A DNA stretch of 64,000 bases, from the NCBI GenBank assembly GCA_032161105.1, contig JAVHTD010000005.1; one strand, written 5' to 3'. The notes under the pieces are model-generated. The model was not told where the DNA came from, searched no databases, and was given only the letters and a program-made list of their open reading frames with translations. The DNA comes from Candidatus Thermosaccharophagus tengchongensis (GTDB taxonomy: Bacteria; Armatimonadota; Fervidibacteria; Fervidibacterales; Thermosaccharophagaceae). This document shows positions 1 to 8,444 of this stretch, one piece after another (the first letter of the stretch is position 1; the number at the start of each line of letters is the position of its first letter). A program made the translations under genes and the position numbers.

Positions 1-1267
1 GTTAGCGTTGGCTGCGTTTGCTGCCCGCAAATTGGGGGAGTTTGAGTTGGCGAAGCAGTATTTGCGAAGATGCGAAAATGTCAACCCACTTGAACCGCTT
101 CTTTGGAGCGAGAGGCACTTTTTACGGGACGAGGGACGCGGGACGGGGGACGAGGAAACAACCCTAAAACGCATTTTTGTTGATGATGCGCTTTGGCTTG
201 ATGCCGCTTGCGATTATGAGCAAGTTGGCGCTTGGGGCACGGTGAGCGTTTGGCTCGCTGTCGCGAAGCGGCACATGGAAAGTGGCGGAAATGTCAACCC
301 GATGCTGCTTTACCACGCTGCTTTCGCAATGTGGCAAATGGGCAAATTGGCTGAAGCGATATCGCTTGTTCGTTCCATCCGAAGGGAGGGCGAGGCTCCC
401 GCCGAGCCACAAACTCCGATTCCTTCCCCACCGCATCGGCATGAAGATGCAAAGGCGTTACAAACCGCGTTGACACTTGACCCAAACGATGCTTTGGCGC
501 ATTACTTGTTCGGCACTTGGCTCGCATCGGTTGGGCGATGGGATGAGGCGTTGAGACATTGGGAGAAAGTAACGAGGGACACGGGACAGGGGACAAGTGA
601 AGCGACAACGACATTGCAAGTTTTGGCGTGGCGCAACATCGGCTTAGCGCAGCGACTCAAGCGCAACGATTTGCCCGCTTCCGAAAAAGCCTACGATAAA
701 GCCATTGAACTTATGTCCCGCGTCCCATGTCCCTTGTTTCCTTTTGCTTGGCGGTTGTGGCTTGAGCGGGATATCGTCCTTGCGATGTCAGGGCAGCATG
801 AGAAGCGGGTGAAGTTGTTTGAGGCTGCCCCTGAAACGGTTCGCAGCAAATCGCAAATTGTCGCCCGTTGGGCAGAGGCTTGCTGGAGAATTGGAGAGCA
901 CGCGAAGGCAGTTGAGTTGCTCTCTCAAGGCAACTTCAAGCCTTGGGAGGGCGAATTTGCATTGCGGCAACTTTGGAAGGAAGCACACATGCAACTTGGG
1001 CATCAAGCGTTGGCGCAAGGCGATTTCGCGAGAGCGAGGCAACACTTTGAGGCTGCTGCCGATTACCCGCCGAATTTGAATGTCGGTAGACCGCATTGGA
1101 CTGATGATGCCGACGCGCTTTTCTGGGCAGGTTGGTGCGCCTTGAAGATGGGCGACAAGGAAGGGGCGAGAAAACTTCTGGAGCAGGCTGCATCGGAAAA
1201 TCAGCCGCCAAACGCTCAAACTGCCGAGTTCAAAGCAAAGGCTGCAGAGTTAATTAAGCAAGCTTGA
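1..1267 (+). CDS. Tetratricopeptide-repeat protein, C-terminal part (5' end outside window; resembles the C-termini of DUF5107-type proteins)
   Basis: Open frame from the window edge. Repeated TPR-like helices (DPNDALAHYLFG, LAWRNIG, QGDFARARQHFEAA) and a FKPWEGE motif. Confidence 0.8.
   Translation, partial: LALAAFAARKLGEFELAKQYLRRCENVNPLEPLLWSERHFLRDEGRGTGDEETTLKRIFVDDALWLDAACDYEQVGAWGTVSVWLAVAKRHMESGGNVNPMLLYHAAFAMWQMGKLAEAISLVRSIRREGEAPAEPQTPIPSPPHRHEDAKALQTALTLDPNDALAHYLFGTWLASVGRWDEALRHWEKVTRDTGQGTSEATTTLQVLAWRNIGLAQRLKRNDLPASEKAYDKAIELMSRVPCPLFPFAWRLWLERDIVLAMSGQHEKRVKLFEAAPETVRSKSQIVARWAEACWRIGEHAKAVELLSQGNFKPWEGEFALRQLWKEAHMQLGHQALAQGDFARARQHFEAAADYPPNLNVGRPHWTDDADALFWAGWCALKMGDKEGARKLLEQAASENQPPNAQTAEFKAKAAELIKQA
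126..153 (+). repeat. Tandem heptamer array (GGGACNN)x4 inside CDS
   Basis: GGGACGA GGGACGC GGGACGG GGGACGA, translated as RDEGRGTGDE. Confidence 0.85.
384..408 (+). repeat. REP-like palindromic element inside CDS
   Basis: GGGAGGGCGAGGCTCCCGCCGAGCC with alternative stems GGGAG/CTCCC and GGCTC/GAGCC, translated as REGEAPAEP. Only one copy seen in the window. Confidence 0.55.
576..596 (+). repeat. Tandem heptamer array (GGGACAN)x3 inside CDS
   Basis: GGGACAC GGGACAG GGGACAA. Confidence 0.8.
713..733 (-). repeat. Tandem heptamer array, inverted orientation (NNGTCCC)x3, inside CDS
   Basis: ATGTCCC GCGTCCC ATGTCCC, translated as MSRVPCP. Confidence 0.8.
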
Positions 1268-1397
1268 TGGTGCAGGTGAGCGGAGCTCCTCCGAGAAATT
1301 TTCGGGGGGAGTTACATCCGTCCTTACTCAGATGGCGAACGCACCTCATGTGCCTACGGTCGTCGTATGACAAGGTCGCTCAAGGTGGTTTGAGGGT

Positions 1398-2186
1398 ATG
1401 CAACTTGTTGAATTGCTTTTCACGGCTCTCACTGGTGGCAACCCGATCCTGCAGGGCTTAGTCGGTGGCATCATCATCACATTGTTTAACACCCTTGGTG
1501 CATTGGTTGTGCTGATTTGGAGGAAACCATCGGAGCGCTTTTTGGATGCAGCACTTGGCTTCGCTGCCGGTGTCATGCTAACTGCGAGTTTTACGAGTCT
1601 GATTTTGCCGGCGATTCAATCTGGCGGTTTGATGCCAACATTCATCGGTGTTGCGTTAGGGGCAATCGCGGTTGACCTCCTTGACCATCTGATCCCTCAC
1701 GCTCATGCAGTTTTAGGATACGAAGGTCTGGCATACTCACGCTTAAAGGCTATCTGGCTTCTCATCATCGCCATCACCATTCACAACATGCCTGAAGGAC
1801 TGGCAGTCGGGGTTGGGTTTGGCTCTGGCGATTTGAACAATGCAGTGAAGCTAATGTTGGCGATTGGCATGCAAAACATTCCAGAGGGCTTGGCTGTATC
1901 AGTCTCGGCGTTAAGCGCTGGTATGGGTGCCCACTTCTATGCGAGTTTAGTTGGCATTAGAGCTGGCTTGGTTGAAATCCCGTTGGCACTCTTGGGTGCT
2001 TGGGTTGTTCACATAGTGCAGGTAATCATGCCATATGCGATGGGCTTTGCTGCAGGTGCTATGCTTTATGTCATCAGCGATGAGATTGTCCCAGAGACTC
2101 ATCGCAAGGGGCATGAGCGGTGGGCTACATTTGGGACAATACTGGGTGTGTTAATCATGCTGCTCTTTGATGTGGCTCTTGGTTAG
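1398..2186 (+). CDS. ZIP family (ZupT/GufA) divalent metal transporter
   Basis: LGFAAGVML, AITIHNMPEGLAVGVGF, QNIPEG and MLYVISDEIVPE motifs; multiple TM helices. Confidence 0.92.
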   Translation: MQLVELLFTALTGGNPILQGLVGGIIITLFNTLGALVVLIWRKPSERFLDAALGFAAGVMLTASFTSLILPAIQSGGLMPTFIGVALGAIAVDLLDHLIPHAHAVLGYEGLAYSRLKAIWLLIIAITIHNMPEGLAVGVGFGSGDLNNAVKLMLAIGMQNIPEGLAVSVSALSAGMGAHFYASLVGIRAGLVEIPLALLGAWVVHIVQVIMPYAMGFAAGAMLYVISDEIVPETHRKGHERWATFGTILGVLIMLLFDVALG

Positions 2187-2297
2187 ACACTCGCCATCGG
2201 TTTGTGAGGCGACTGCAGTCCATTTCGGTCTTGAGCTTTTGCAAGCTTCATAATCGCGCTTAACGGCAAGTGAGATGCGCTAAGCGGCGCGGTTGAA

Positions 2298-3323
2298 ATG
2301 GTGAGAGGGATTATGACGGAACTAACGGCATTAGTTGGGTTGACAACTCAAGAGTTGGAGGCATTCGTTGAGCAGTTGGGTGAGCCGAGATTCCGCGGGC
2401 GACAGCTTGCCATGTGGATTTACCGAAAGGGCGTCACGGCATTTGATGCGATGACAGATTTGCCAGAGGCACTTAGGGGAAGGCTGAGCGAAATTGCCGT
2501 CGTCAATCCATTGCAGGTCGTTGATGTTAAAGCCTCTTTGGATGGAACTGTGAAATACTTGAGCAAGTTGTCCGATGGCGAAGCCATTGAATGCGTCTTC
2601 ATCCCTCACGGCAGATGGGAAACGATCTGCGTTAGCACGCAAGTTGGCTGTCCCATTGGGTGCAGATTTTGTGCCTCTGGGGAGAGTTACGCTCGCAACC
2701 TGACGGCTGGTGAGATTGTCGGGCAGGTGCTCATCGCAATGCATCGTAGAAATCCGAATGTCGTTTTCATGGGCATGGGTGAGCCGTTGCTCAACTTTGA
2801 GAATCTCGCCAAGGCTCTGCGCTTGCTCAACCGTGAAGTCGGAATTGGCGCAAGGAGGATTACAGTCTCCACAGTTGGCATCGTTCAAGGCATACACAAG
2901 CTGGCGCAGCTCGGGATGCAGGTCAATTTGGCAGTTTCGCTTCACGCACCCAACGACGAAATCCGTCAAAGGTTGATACGAGCAAAGCTGCCACCGCTCT
3001 CTGAAGTGCTGAGTGTTTGCCGAGATTATTTTCGCGCGACGAAGCGACGCATTTCATTTGAGTATGTGCTTTTGATGGGCATCAATGACAGTGCGAGGCA
3101 TGCCGTTGAACTCGCAAAGCTGCTAAAGGGCATGCCGTGCCATGTCAACCTAATCCCATACAACATGGTGGTGGCTGATTTTGAGCGTCCGCCTGAGGGG
3201 GTGATAGAGCGCTTTCGCAGGGTGCTTGTTGAAAACGGGATTGCGGTTACCATACGGCGCGAGCATGGCAGCGATATCCACGGTGCATGCGGTCAGCTGC
3301 GCCGCCATCACCTGAAAGGTTGA
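2298..3323 (+). CDS. rlmN: 23S rRNA (adenine(2503)-C2)-methyltransferase RlmN
   Basis: Radical SAM CxxxCxxC (CPIGCRFC), MGMGEPL, SLHA, C-terminal DIHGACGQL. Start may be 2313. Confidence 0.95.
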   Translation: MVRGIMTELTALVGLTTQELEAFVEQLGEPRFRGRQLAMWIYRKGVTAFDAMTDLPEALRGRLSEIAVVNPLQVVDVKASLDGTVKYLSKLSDGEAIECVFIPHGRWETICVSTQVGCPIGCRFCASGESYARNLTAGEIVGQVLIAMHRRNPNVVFMGMGEPLLNFENLAKALRLLNREVGIGARRITVSTVGIVQGIHKLAQLGMQVNLAVSLHAPNDEIRQRLIRAKLPPLSEVLSVCRDYFRATKRRISFEYVLLMGINDSARHAVELAKLLKGMPCHVNLIPYNMVVADFERPPEGVIERFRRVLVENGIAVTIRREHGSDIHGACGQLRRHHLKG

Positions 3324-3334
3324 AGATGCTACCA

Positions 3335-3378
3335 TTTGATGGGCATCAATGACAGCGCGAAGCACGCCGTTGAAAACG
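3335..3378 (+). repeat. Imperfect direct repeat of internal rlmN sequence (copy of 3071-3110)
   Basis: 3335-3374 matches 3071-3110 at 37 of 40 nt, then continues GTTGAAAACG as at 3228-3237. Confidence 0.85.
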
Positions 3379-3448
3379 AATAACATCGCTCAGAGAGCTT
3401 CATGGGTTACTTTCCATCGGGCGATTGGGATAAGAGCCACCGAATGTC

Positions 3449-4399
3449 TCATCTCCACACACGCCATCGGCTCATGGTGTGATGCTCCTCAAGCCATGTC
3501 ATTGCAAGTTGCGCATGCAGCGGGTGAACCGTTAGGCTGAATTGTGCACCATCAATGCTGATTGTCTGGTTGCCCCAATCAATGCGCACATCTTCACTTA
3601 ACTCCAACTGGAGGTGGTGGTTTGGGCATAACACAAGCATGTTTCCCGCATGGTCACCCAACGGACCGATGGATGTGAGCGGCTTTAAGTAATGCACTTC
3701 AATGACCATCCGACCGTCTGCCATTTGGAATTGCGCACCGCACATCTGGCACTTAAACTCGTATAGCTTGCGAAGCCATGCGCTGCGTTCACCGTTGCGC
3801 CTGTAAAGGCGCCTGCGCCACATGTAAGCTGTGGAGCGCTCAATTTCCATCTTGCGCCATATGTCTTTCTCCGCACCGTGCGTTCGGCGCAGCTTTTGTG
3901 CTGCTCGCTCAAACCGCTTTAAAGCGCTATCAAGGTGGGGGTTAATCGTAAGGATGTGCTCCTTTAACGCTTCCCAAAACTCGGTCGCTTTAAACACGCT
4001 TCCTTGAAGCTGCTTAAACAGGGGAGATGTTCTGGCATCACCTTTCAGCCGTGCCAATGGCACGGGCTTTTTTAGGCGCAGCGCTGGCTCCGGGGCAAGG
4101 TCAAATGTGTTTACATCGCCGCTTCCGGGCACTTCCTCATAACCGCCGCTTGCCAATGCGCATAGCCCGAGAATGCCCTCGTTGGCTTGATACGCGATGA
4201 CGATGTCGCCTCGCTTCATTTCACGGATGCACTTCAAGGAGAGCGGTGAACGAATCCACTCATAACCACCCCATGAGAATTCGGAAGGCGCCCATTCATG
4301 TCGGTGAAGGAAAAAATCATCCCAATGCCAACCCTCACTTTTGCCCTTGATGCGCTCATTGGCTACAACCAACCATGCATTGAACGATGCCATATGCAA
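3449..4399 (-). CDS. EVE domain + HNH endonuclease protein (putative modification-dependent/type IV restriction enzyme)
   Basis: N-terminal EVE-like domain (WHWDDF, IREMKRGDIVIAY, GILGL, PVPLARLK). C-terminal CQMC...EVHYLKPL...NMLVLCPNHH. Confidence 0.75.
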   Translation of the reverse strand: MHMASFNAWLVVANERIKGKSEGWHWDDFFLHRHEWAPSEFSWGGYEWIRSPLSLKCIREMKRGDIVIAYQANEGILGLCALASGGYEEVPGSGDVNTFDLAPEPALRLKKPVPLARLKGDARTSPLFKQLQGSVFKATEFWEALKEHILTINPHLDSALKRFERAAQKLRRTHGAEKDIWRKMEIERSTAYMWRRRLYRRNGERSAWLRKLYEFKCQMCGAQFQMADGRMVIEVHYLKPLTSIGPLGDHAGNMLVLCPNHHLQLELSEDVRIDWGNQTISIDGAQFSLTVHPLHAQLAMTWLEEHHTMSRWRVWR

Positions 4400-4419
4400 T
4401 CACCGGCTTCGCCACCACT

Positions 4420-5379
4420 TTATAGGTCTGACTTGAACAGCGGTATGCACGACTCCGCGAGCCTTTTGAGTTCCTCACATTCCTCATCGGTGATTGGCTT
4501 GTATGAGCGCGCAATTTTGATTGCGAGCCTGACGAGCCTATCGTCAGCTGGCGGCATCGCCACAGTAACGCCCTGTGAGAGTGTCCAACGCAGTGCCATG
4601 GAAGCTTCTTTGTAATCGTCAGTTGGAACATACCAAAGCCTCGGATATGGGCGCTTCATCTGGGGTGCAAGTGCAGAACGAACCATGGGCTTGATTGCGA
4701 TGCATCCCATACCTTTCTTGTGCGCCAACTCAATCACCTGCGGACCAAAGTTCTCACGGTGCCATGTGACGAAGTTTATTGGGAACATGACGGTGTCAAA
4801 ATCAAACCGGCGCATCGCCTCAAGCGCCACTTTCAACGAGTGTGCTGAGAAGCCGAGAAACTTCACGAGTCCCTTTTCACGAGCCTCCATGAGCGTCTCA
4901 ATTGCGCCGCCCTTATCCAACGCTACCTCAAGTTCCTCCATTTTTGTGAGGGCATGCAGCTGGTAAAGGTCAAAGTAGTCCGTTCTGAGCCGCTTTAATG
5001 AGCGCTGCAATTCCTGCCATGCTTCCTCCTTTGTCCGGCGCTGCGTCTTGCATGCCAAAAACACCCTTTGGCGGTAGCCATCAAGGGCGGCTCCAAGCAC
5101 ATCCTCAGCGTTGCCGTATGCCGGCGCAACATCAACGAAGTTAACTCCGGCATCAATAGCTTCTCGGACAAGCTCGTTGGCTACATCTTGTTCCAATCTG
5201 TTAAAGGCAAGCCCGCTTAGCCCAATGATGGAAACTTCAATGCCGGTCTTGCCCAATGTGCGCTTTGGCACCTTTGCGTCGTCGCTTTTCTGCGCTGATG
5301 TGTTATAGCATACGGCACTCACTCCGAACACCGACACAGTTGCACCGATGGTGGCATGAATGAACTTGCGCCTGTTCAT
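4420..5379 (-). CDS. Aldo/keto reductase with twin-arginine signal peptide
   Basis: MNRRKFI Tat motif, RTLGKTG, DVAPAYG, ACKT, SLKRLRTDYFDLYQLH, GFSAH. Confidence 0.9.
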   Translation of the reverse strand: MNRRKFIHATIGATVSVFGVSAVCYNTSAQKSDDAKVPKRTLGKTGIEVSIIGLSGLAFNRLEQDVANELVREAIDAGVNFVDVAPAYGNAEDVLGAALDGYRQRVFLACKTQRRTKEEAWQELQRSLKRLRTDYFDLYQLHALTKMEELEVALDKGGAIETLMEAREKGLVKFLGFSAHSLKVALEAMRRFDFDTVMFPINFVTWHRENFGPQVIELAHKKGMGCIAIKPMVRSALAPQMKRPYPRLWYVPTDDYKEASMALRWTLSQGVTVAMPPADDRLVRLAIKIARSYKPITDEECEELKRLAESCIPLFKSDL

Positions 5380-5443
5380 CCCATCTCACCTCCTGAGGGT
5401 GGTGCAGCAAAAATGCTGGCATCATGCTACATGTTAAAGCGTA

Positions 5444-7468
5444 GTGGAACCGTTGGACATACAGCGTCAGGGAGGTGTAACCGCTATGGCTTGCATGGCT
5501 GAGCCGTGCGGTGGATTTCATAAGGCACAAGCTCGCCTTATTGCGTTAGCATGCGCAGTCTTCGCCTATTTGTGGCTGTCGCTCTCCATTGGAATTTGTG
5601 CCAAGCCGTTTGTGGTGATTAACGAAGCGGAGTTCATTGATAAGGTCTATGCATGTTGGCTTGGGAAGTCAATTGGCGGGACTCTCGGCATGCCATTTGA
5701 GGGCAAGCGCCAGATGTTCAACCTCACCTTCTACGAACCAATCCCGACGCAACCGGTGCCAAATGATGACCTTGATCTGCAGTTGCTTTGGTTAAAGGCG
5801 CTTGAGGAACGAGGTCCGATGATAACCGCGCACGACCTTGCCCAATACTGGGTCAAGTATGTCGTCGTTGACTGGAACGAGTATGGAATATGCAAGGCGA
5901 ATTTGCGCCTCGGGTTGCTCCCACCGCTGAGTGGGCATTTCAGAAACAGGTGGCGCCACAGCAACGGTGCATGGATACGCTCTGAGATTTGGGCATGCCT
6001 GTTCCCGGGCTTGCCAGCACTTGCTGCCAGATATGCATTTGAAGATGCCTGCGTTGACCATGGTGTCGCTGAAGGAACATATGCTGAGGTGTTTACGGCA
6101 GTGCTGCAAAGCGCGGCATTCGTTGAGAGCGACAGGGACAGGTTGCTCAACATTGCCTTAAGTTACATCCCGAAGGATTGCGGCGTTGCAAGGAGCGTAA
6201 AGGTGGCAATTGATTCGTGGCGAAAGGGGCTTGATTGGAAAGCCGCAAGGGAGTTGATCGTGGAGGCATCTAAGGATACGGGTTGGTTCATGGCACCGCA
6301 AAATGTTGCGTTCGTAATTTTGGGATGGTTATATGGTGACGATGACTTTGGGAAAGCGATTTGCACAGCGGTCAACTGCGGCGATGATACAGATTGCACT
6401 GGCGCAACACTCGGGGCATTGCTCGGCATCTTGCGAGGGACTAAGGGAATACCTACGAAATGGCGCGAGCCAATAAGCGATGAGATACGCAATATCGCCA
6501 TCGGTGGCTTCACACCGCCGCGCACACTGACCGAACTTACACAGCGTGTTGTGCGCATGACGAAGTTATCGCTGAAGGCGCACAAAGCCGAAGTAAGCAT
6601 CATGCAGGATGTGCCCACAACGCCAAATGCAGCTCGTAAGCTCATGCTCATTGACGAACACACGGCAAATGAGTTATGGAGCCGAACACCGTTCCAAGTC
6701 AGATTTCAGTTTGGCAACCTCGCAGCAACACTTGATTACCTTGGTGAGCCAACAATTGAGGGCGACACGGAGAGGAGCTTAATGTTGGAGCTGAGAAGCA
6801 AGGTAAGCGAGATTAAGGAGGCAATTGTTGAATGGCGCTTCAACCAAGACATAAAGGTTAAGCCCGACAAAGAGGTGGTCAGGCTCCCAGCACTCGTGAA
6901 AACAAACTTGATTGTTAGTTACATCACGAACGAGGTCATCAAGGGCGAGGTCGTAATTACAACCCGAGATGGGAAGGCGCTTGCAACTATACCGATCACG
7001 CTGATTGGCAGGTTGACAACTCACAGGGAAAATTTCGCCCTCGCAAAATACGGTGTTAAGGCGACATCGGATTCGGAACTTGACCGTGAACCTGGCTGCA
7101 CGCAGAAGGTGAACGATGGCATTATTGCTGCCGAGGACGACTTTGAAGGCAAACGGTGGCATTCGGCACTCACACCGCATCCCCATTGGGTGGCGTTGCA
7201 TTTGCCCGAGGTTCGCACGCTTGGGCGGGTCATCATCCACTTCGCTGATCCAAGAGGGCATCCTGTTGACTTTGATGGCGAGGTGAGCATTGACGGGGAG
7301 ACATGGAAGCGCATTTTCAGCATCCGAGGCTACACCGATAGGAGAAGATTTGAATGCGCCATTGAACCTGTTCCGATAAGGCACTTTAGGCTCATTATCC
7401 ACAGGTCAGCGAGCAAGCAATGGGTTAATGCGGCGCAGGTGAGCGAGATTGAACTGTTGCCAAAGTGA
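5444..7468 (+). CDS. Secreted ADP-ribosylglycohydrolase-family protein with C-terminal discoidin/F5-8 type C domain
   Basis: CWLGKSIGGTLGMPFEG, NDDLD, NGAWIRS, GDDTDCTGAT. N-terminal hydrophobic signal. C-terminal ATSDS...WHS...PHWV...VSEIEL. True start probably about 5486-5495. Confidence 0.85.
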   Translation: MEPLDIQRQGGVTAMACMAEPCGGFHKAQARLIALACAVFAYLWLSLSIGICAKPFVVINEAEFIDKVYACWLGKSIGGTLGMPFEGKRQMFNLTFYEPIPTQPVPNDDLDLQLLWLKALEERGPMITAHDLAQYWVKYVVVDWNEYGICKANLRLGLLPPLSGHFRNRWRHSNGAWIRSEIWACLFPGLPALAARYAFEDACVDHGVAEGTYAEVFTAVLQSAAFVESDRDRLLNIALSYIPKDCGVARSVKVAIDSWRKGLDWKAARELIVEASKDTGWFMAPQNVAFVILGWLYGDDDFGKAICTAVNCGDDTDCTGATLGALLGILRGTKGIPTKWREPISDEIRNIAIGGFTPPRTLTELTQRVVRMTKLSLKAHKAEVSIMQDVPTTPNAARKLMLIDEHTANELWSRTPFQVRFQFGNLAATLDYLGEPTIEGDTERSLMLELRSKVSEIKEAIVEWRFNQDIKVKPDKEVVRLPALVKTNLIVSYITNEVIKGEVVITTRDGKALATIPITLIGRLTTHRENFALAKYGVKATSDSELDREPGCTQKVNDGIIAAEDDFEGKRWHSALTPHPHWVALHLPEVRTLGRVIIHFADPRGHPVDFDGEVSIDGETWKRIFSIRGYTDRRRFECAIEPVPIRHFRLIIHRSASKQWVNAAQVSEIELLPK

Positions 7469-7745
7469 AACCGATACTTAACGACAGTGTGTGCACCGCC
7501 AGAATGCCTTGCAATACAGGCGTGATTACAACCGCATCACTCAATACAAAAGCCGCTGTAACGGGTACAAATACCCACGCCAATATGGCGTTGGCGCTTG
7601 CCAATTTTGTGTGCCGACTTCATGCACTGCTTTTAACAATGACTGGTGCCTATGCCATAGTTGATTAAAGGTGTATCGTGTGGTGTTGTCACCGTATCAA
7701 TGGCACAGCTTCCGATAAGTTCTCCGACAAGGGGGTGTGTTAAAA

Positions 7746-8402
7746 ATGGAACGCACAAGAGGTTTTACGCTGATAGAGCTGCTGGTGGTGATTGCCATAA
7801 TTGCCATCTTGGCAGCGATACTATTTCCGGTGTTTGCAAGGGCAAGGGAGAAGGCACGCATGACGAGTTGCACGAATAATTTGCGCCAACTGGGAATGGG
7901 CATGCTCATGTATGCCCAGGATTGGGATGAAATGCTTCCATTCCCGTATTGGCTTCCCAATTGGGATGAGTGGTGTGCTGATGGGGCTACATGGCGTCAG
8001 CGCATATTGCCGTATGTGAAGAATGAGCAAATCTTTGTGTGCCCATCAGCAGCATCAATTGGGCGCATTTGCCCCTCTGGAAGTTCAATCCCAAACACCG
8101 GCTCATACGGGGCAAATGCATATTGGGCTGAGGTGACTCCCCAAGTTGCGGATGGAAACTGCATTTTAAGGTTGGCGAGGTTCAACTATCCAGCTGAGAC
8201 GTTTCTGCTTGGCGAAAATGTTGATGGTGACTGGGTGGTTGAGCCGGAGCCCGGCATGTGCCCAGAAGGTTATACGCCTCCCGGAGCGGTGGCATTTCGT
8301 CACTTTGATGGCGGTGTGTGGGCATTTGTTGACGGGCATGCGAAATGGGTCAGGCGTGAGAATGCCTATGCAAATAATTGTGCGCCATGGCGTGTCAGGT
8401 AA
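7746..8402 (+). CDS. Prepilin-type N-terminal cleavage/methylation, DUF1559 / H-X9-DG domain protein
   Basis: [33 protein letters not shown]...SCTNNLRQ...YAQDWDE and C-terminal [17 protein letters not shown]. Confidence 0.92.
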   Translation: MERTRGFTLIELLVVIAIIAILAAILFPVFARAREKARMTSCTNNLRQLGMGMLMYAQDWDEMLPFPYWLPNWDEWCADGATWRQRILPYVKNEQIFVCPSAASIGRICPSGSSIPNTGSYGANAYWAEVTPQVADGNCILRLARFNYPAETFLLGENVDGDWVVEPEPGMCPEGYTPPGAVAFRHFDGGVWAFVDGHAKWVRRENAYANNCAPWRVR

Positions 8403-8444
8403 TGCCCGACTGTCATAGCAACGATCACAGTTGAAATTAAGCCC

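Noticed and set aside
126..733. CRISPR array or phase-variable SSR
   Set aside because: The units are 7 nt, degenerate and have no spacers, and the reading frame is intact.
3323..4420. Prophage or integrative element at the rlmN repeat
   Set aside because: There is no integrase or transposase and no second att-like copy on the far side of the HNH gene; kept only as a scar hypothesis.
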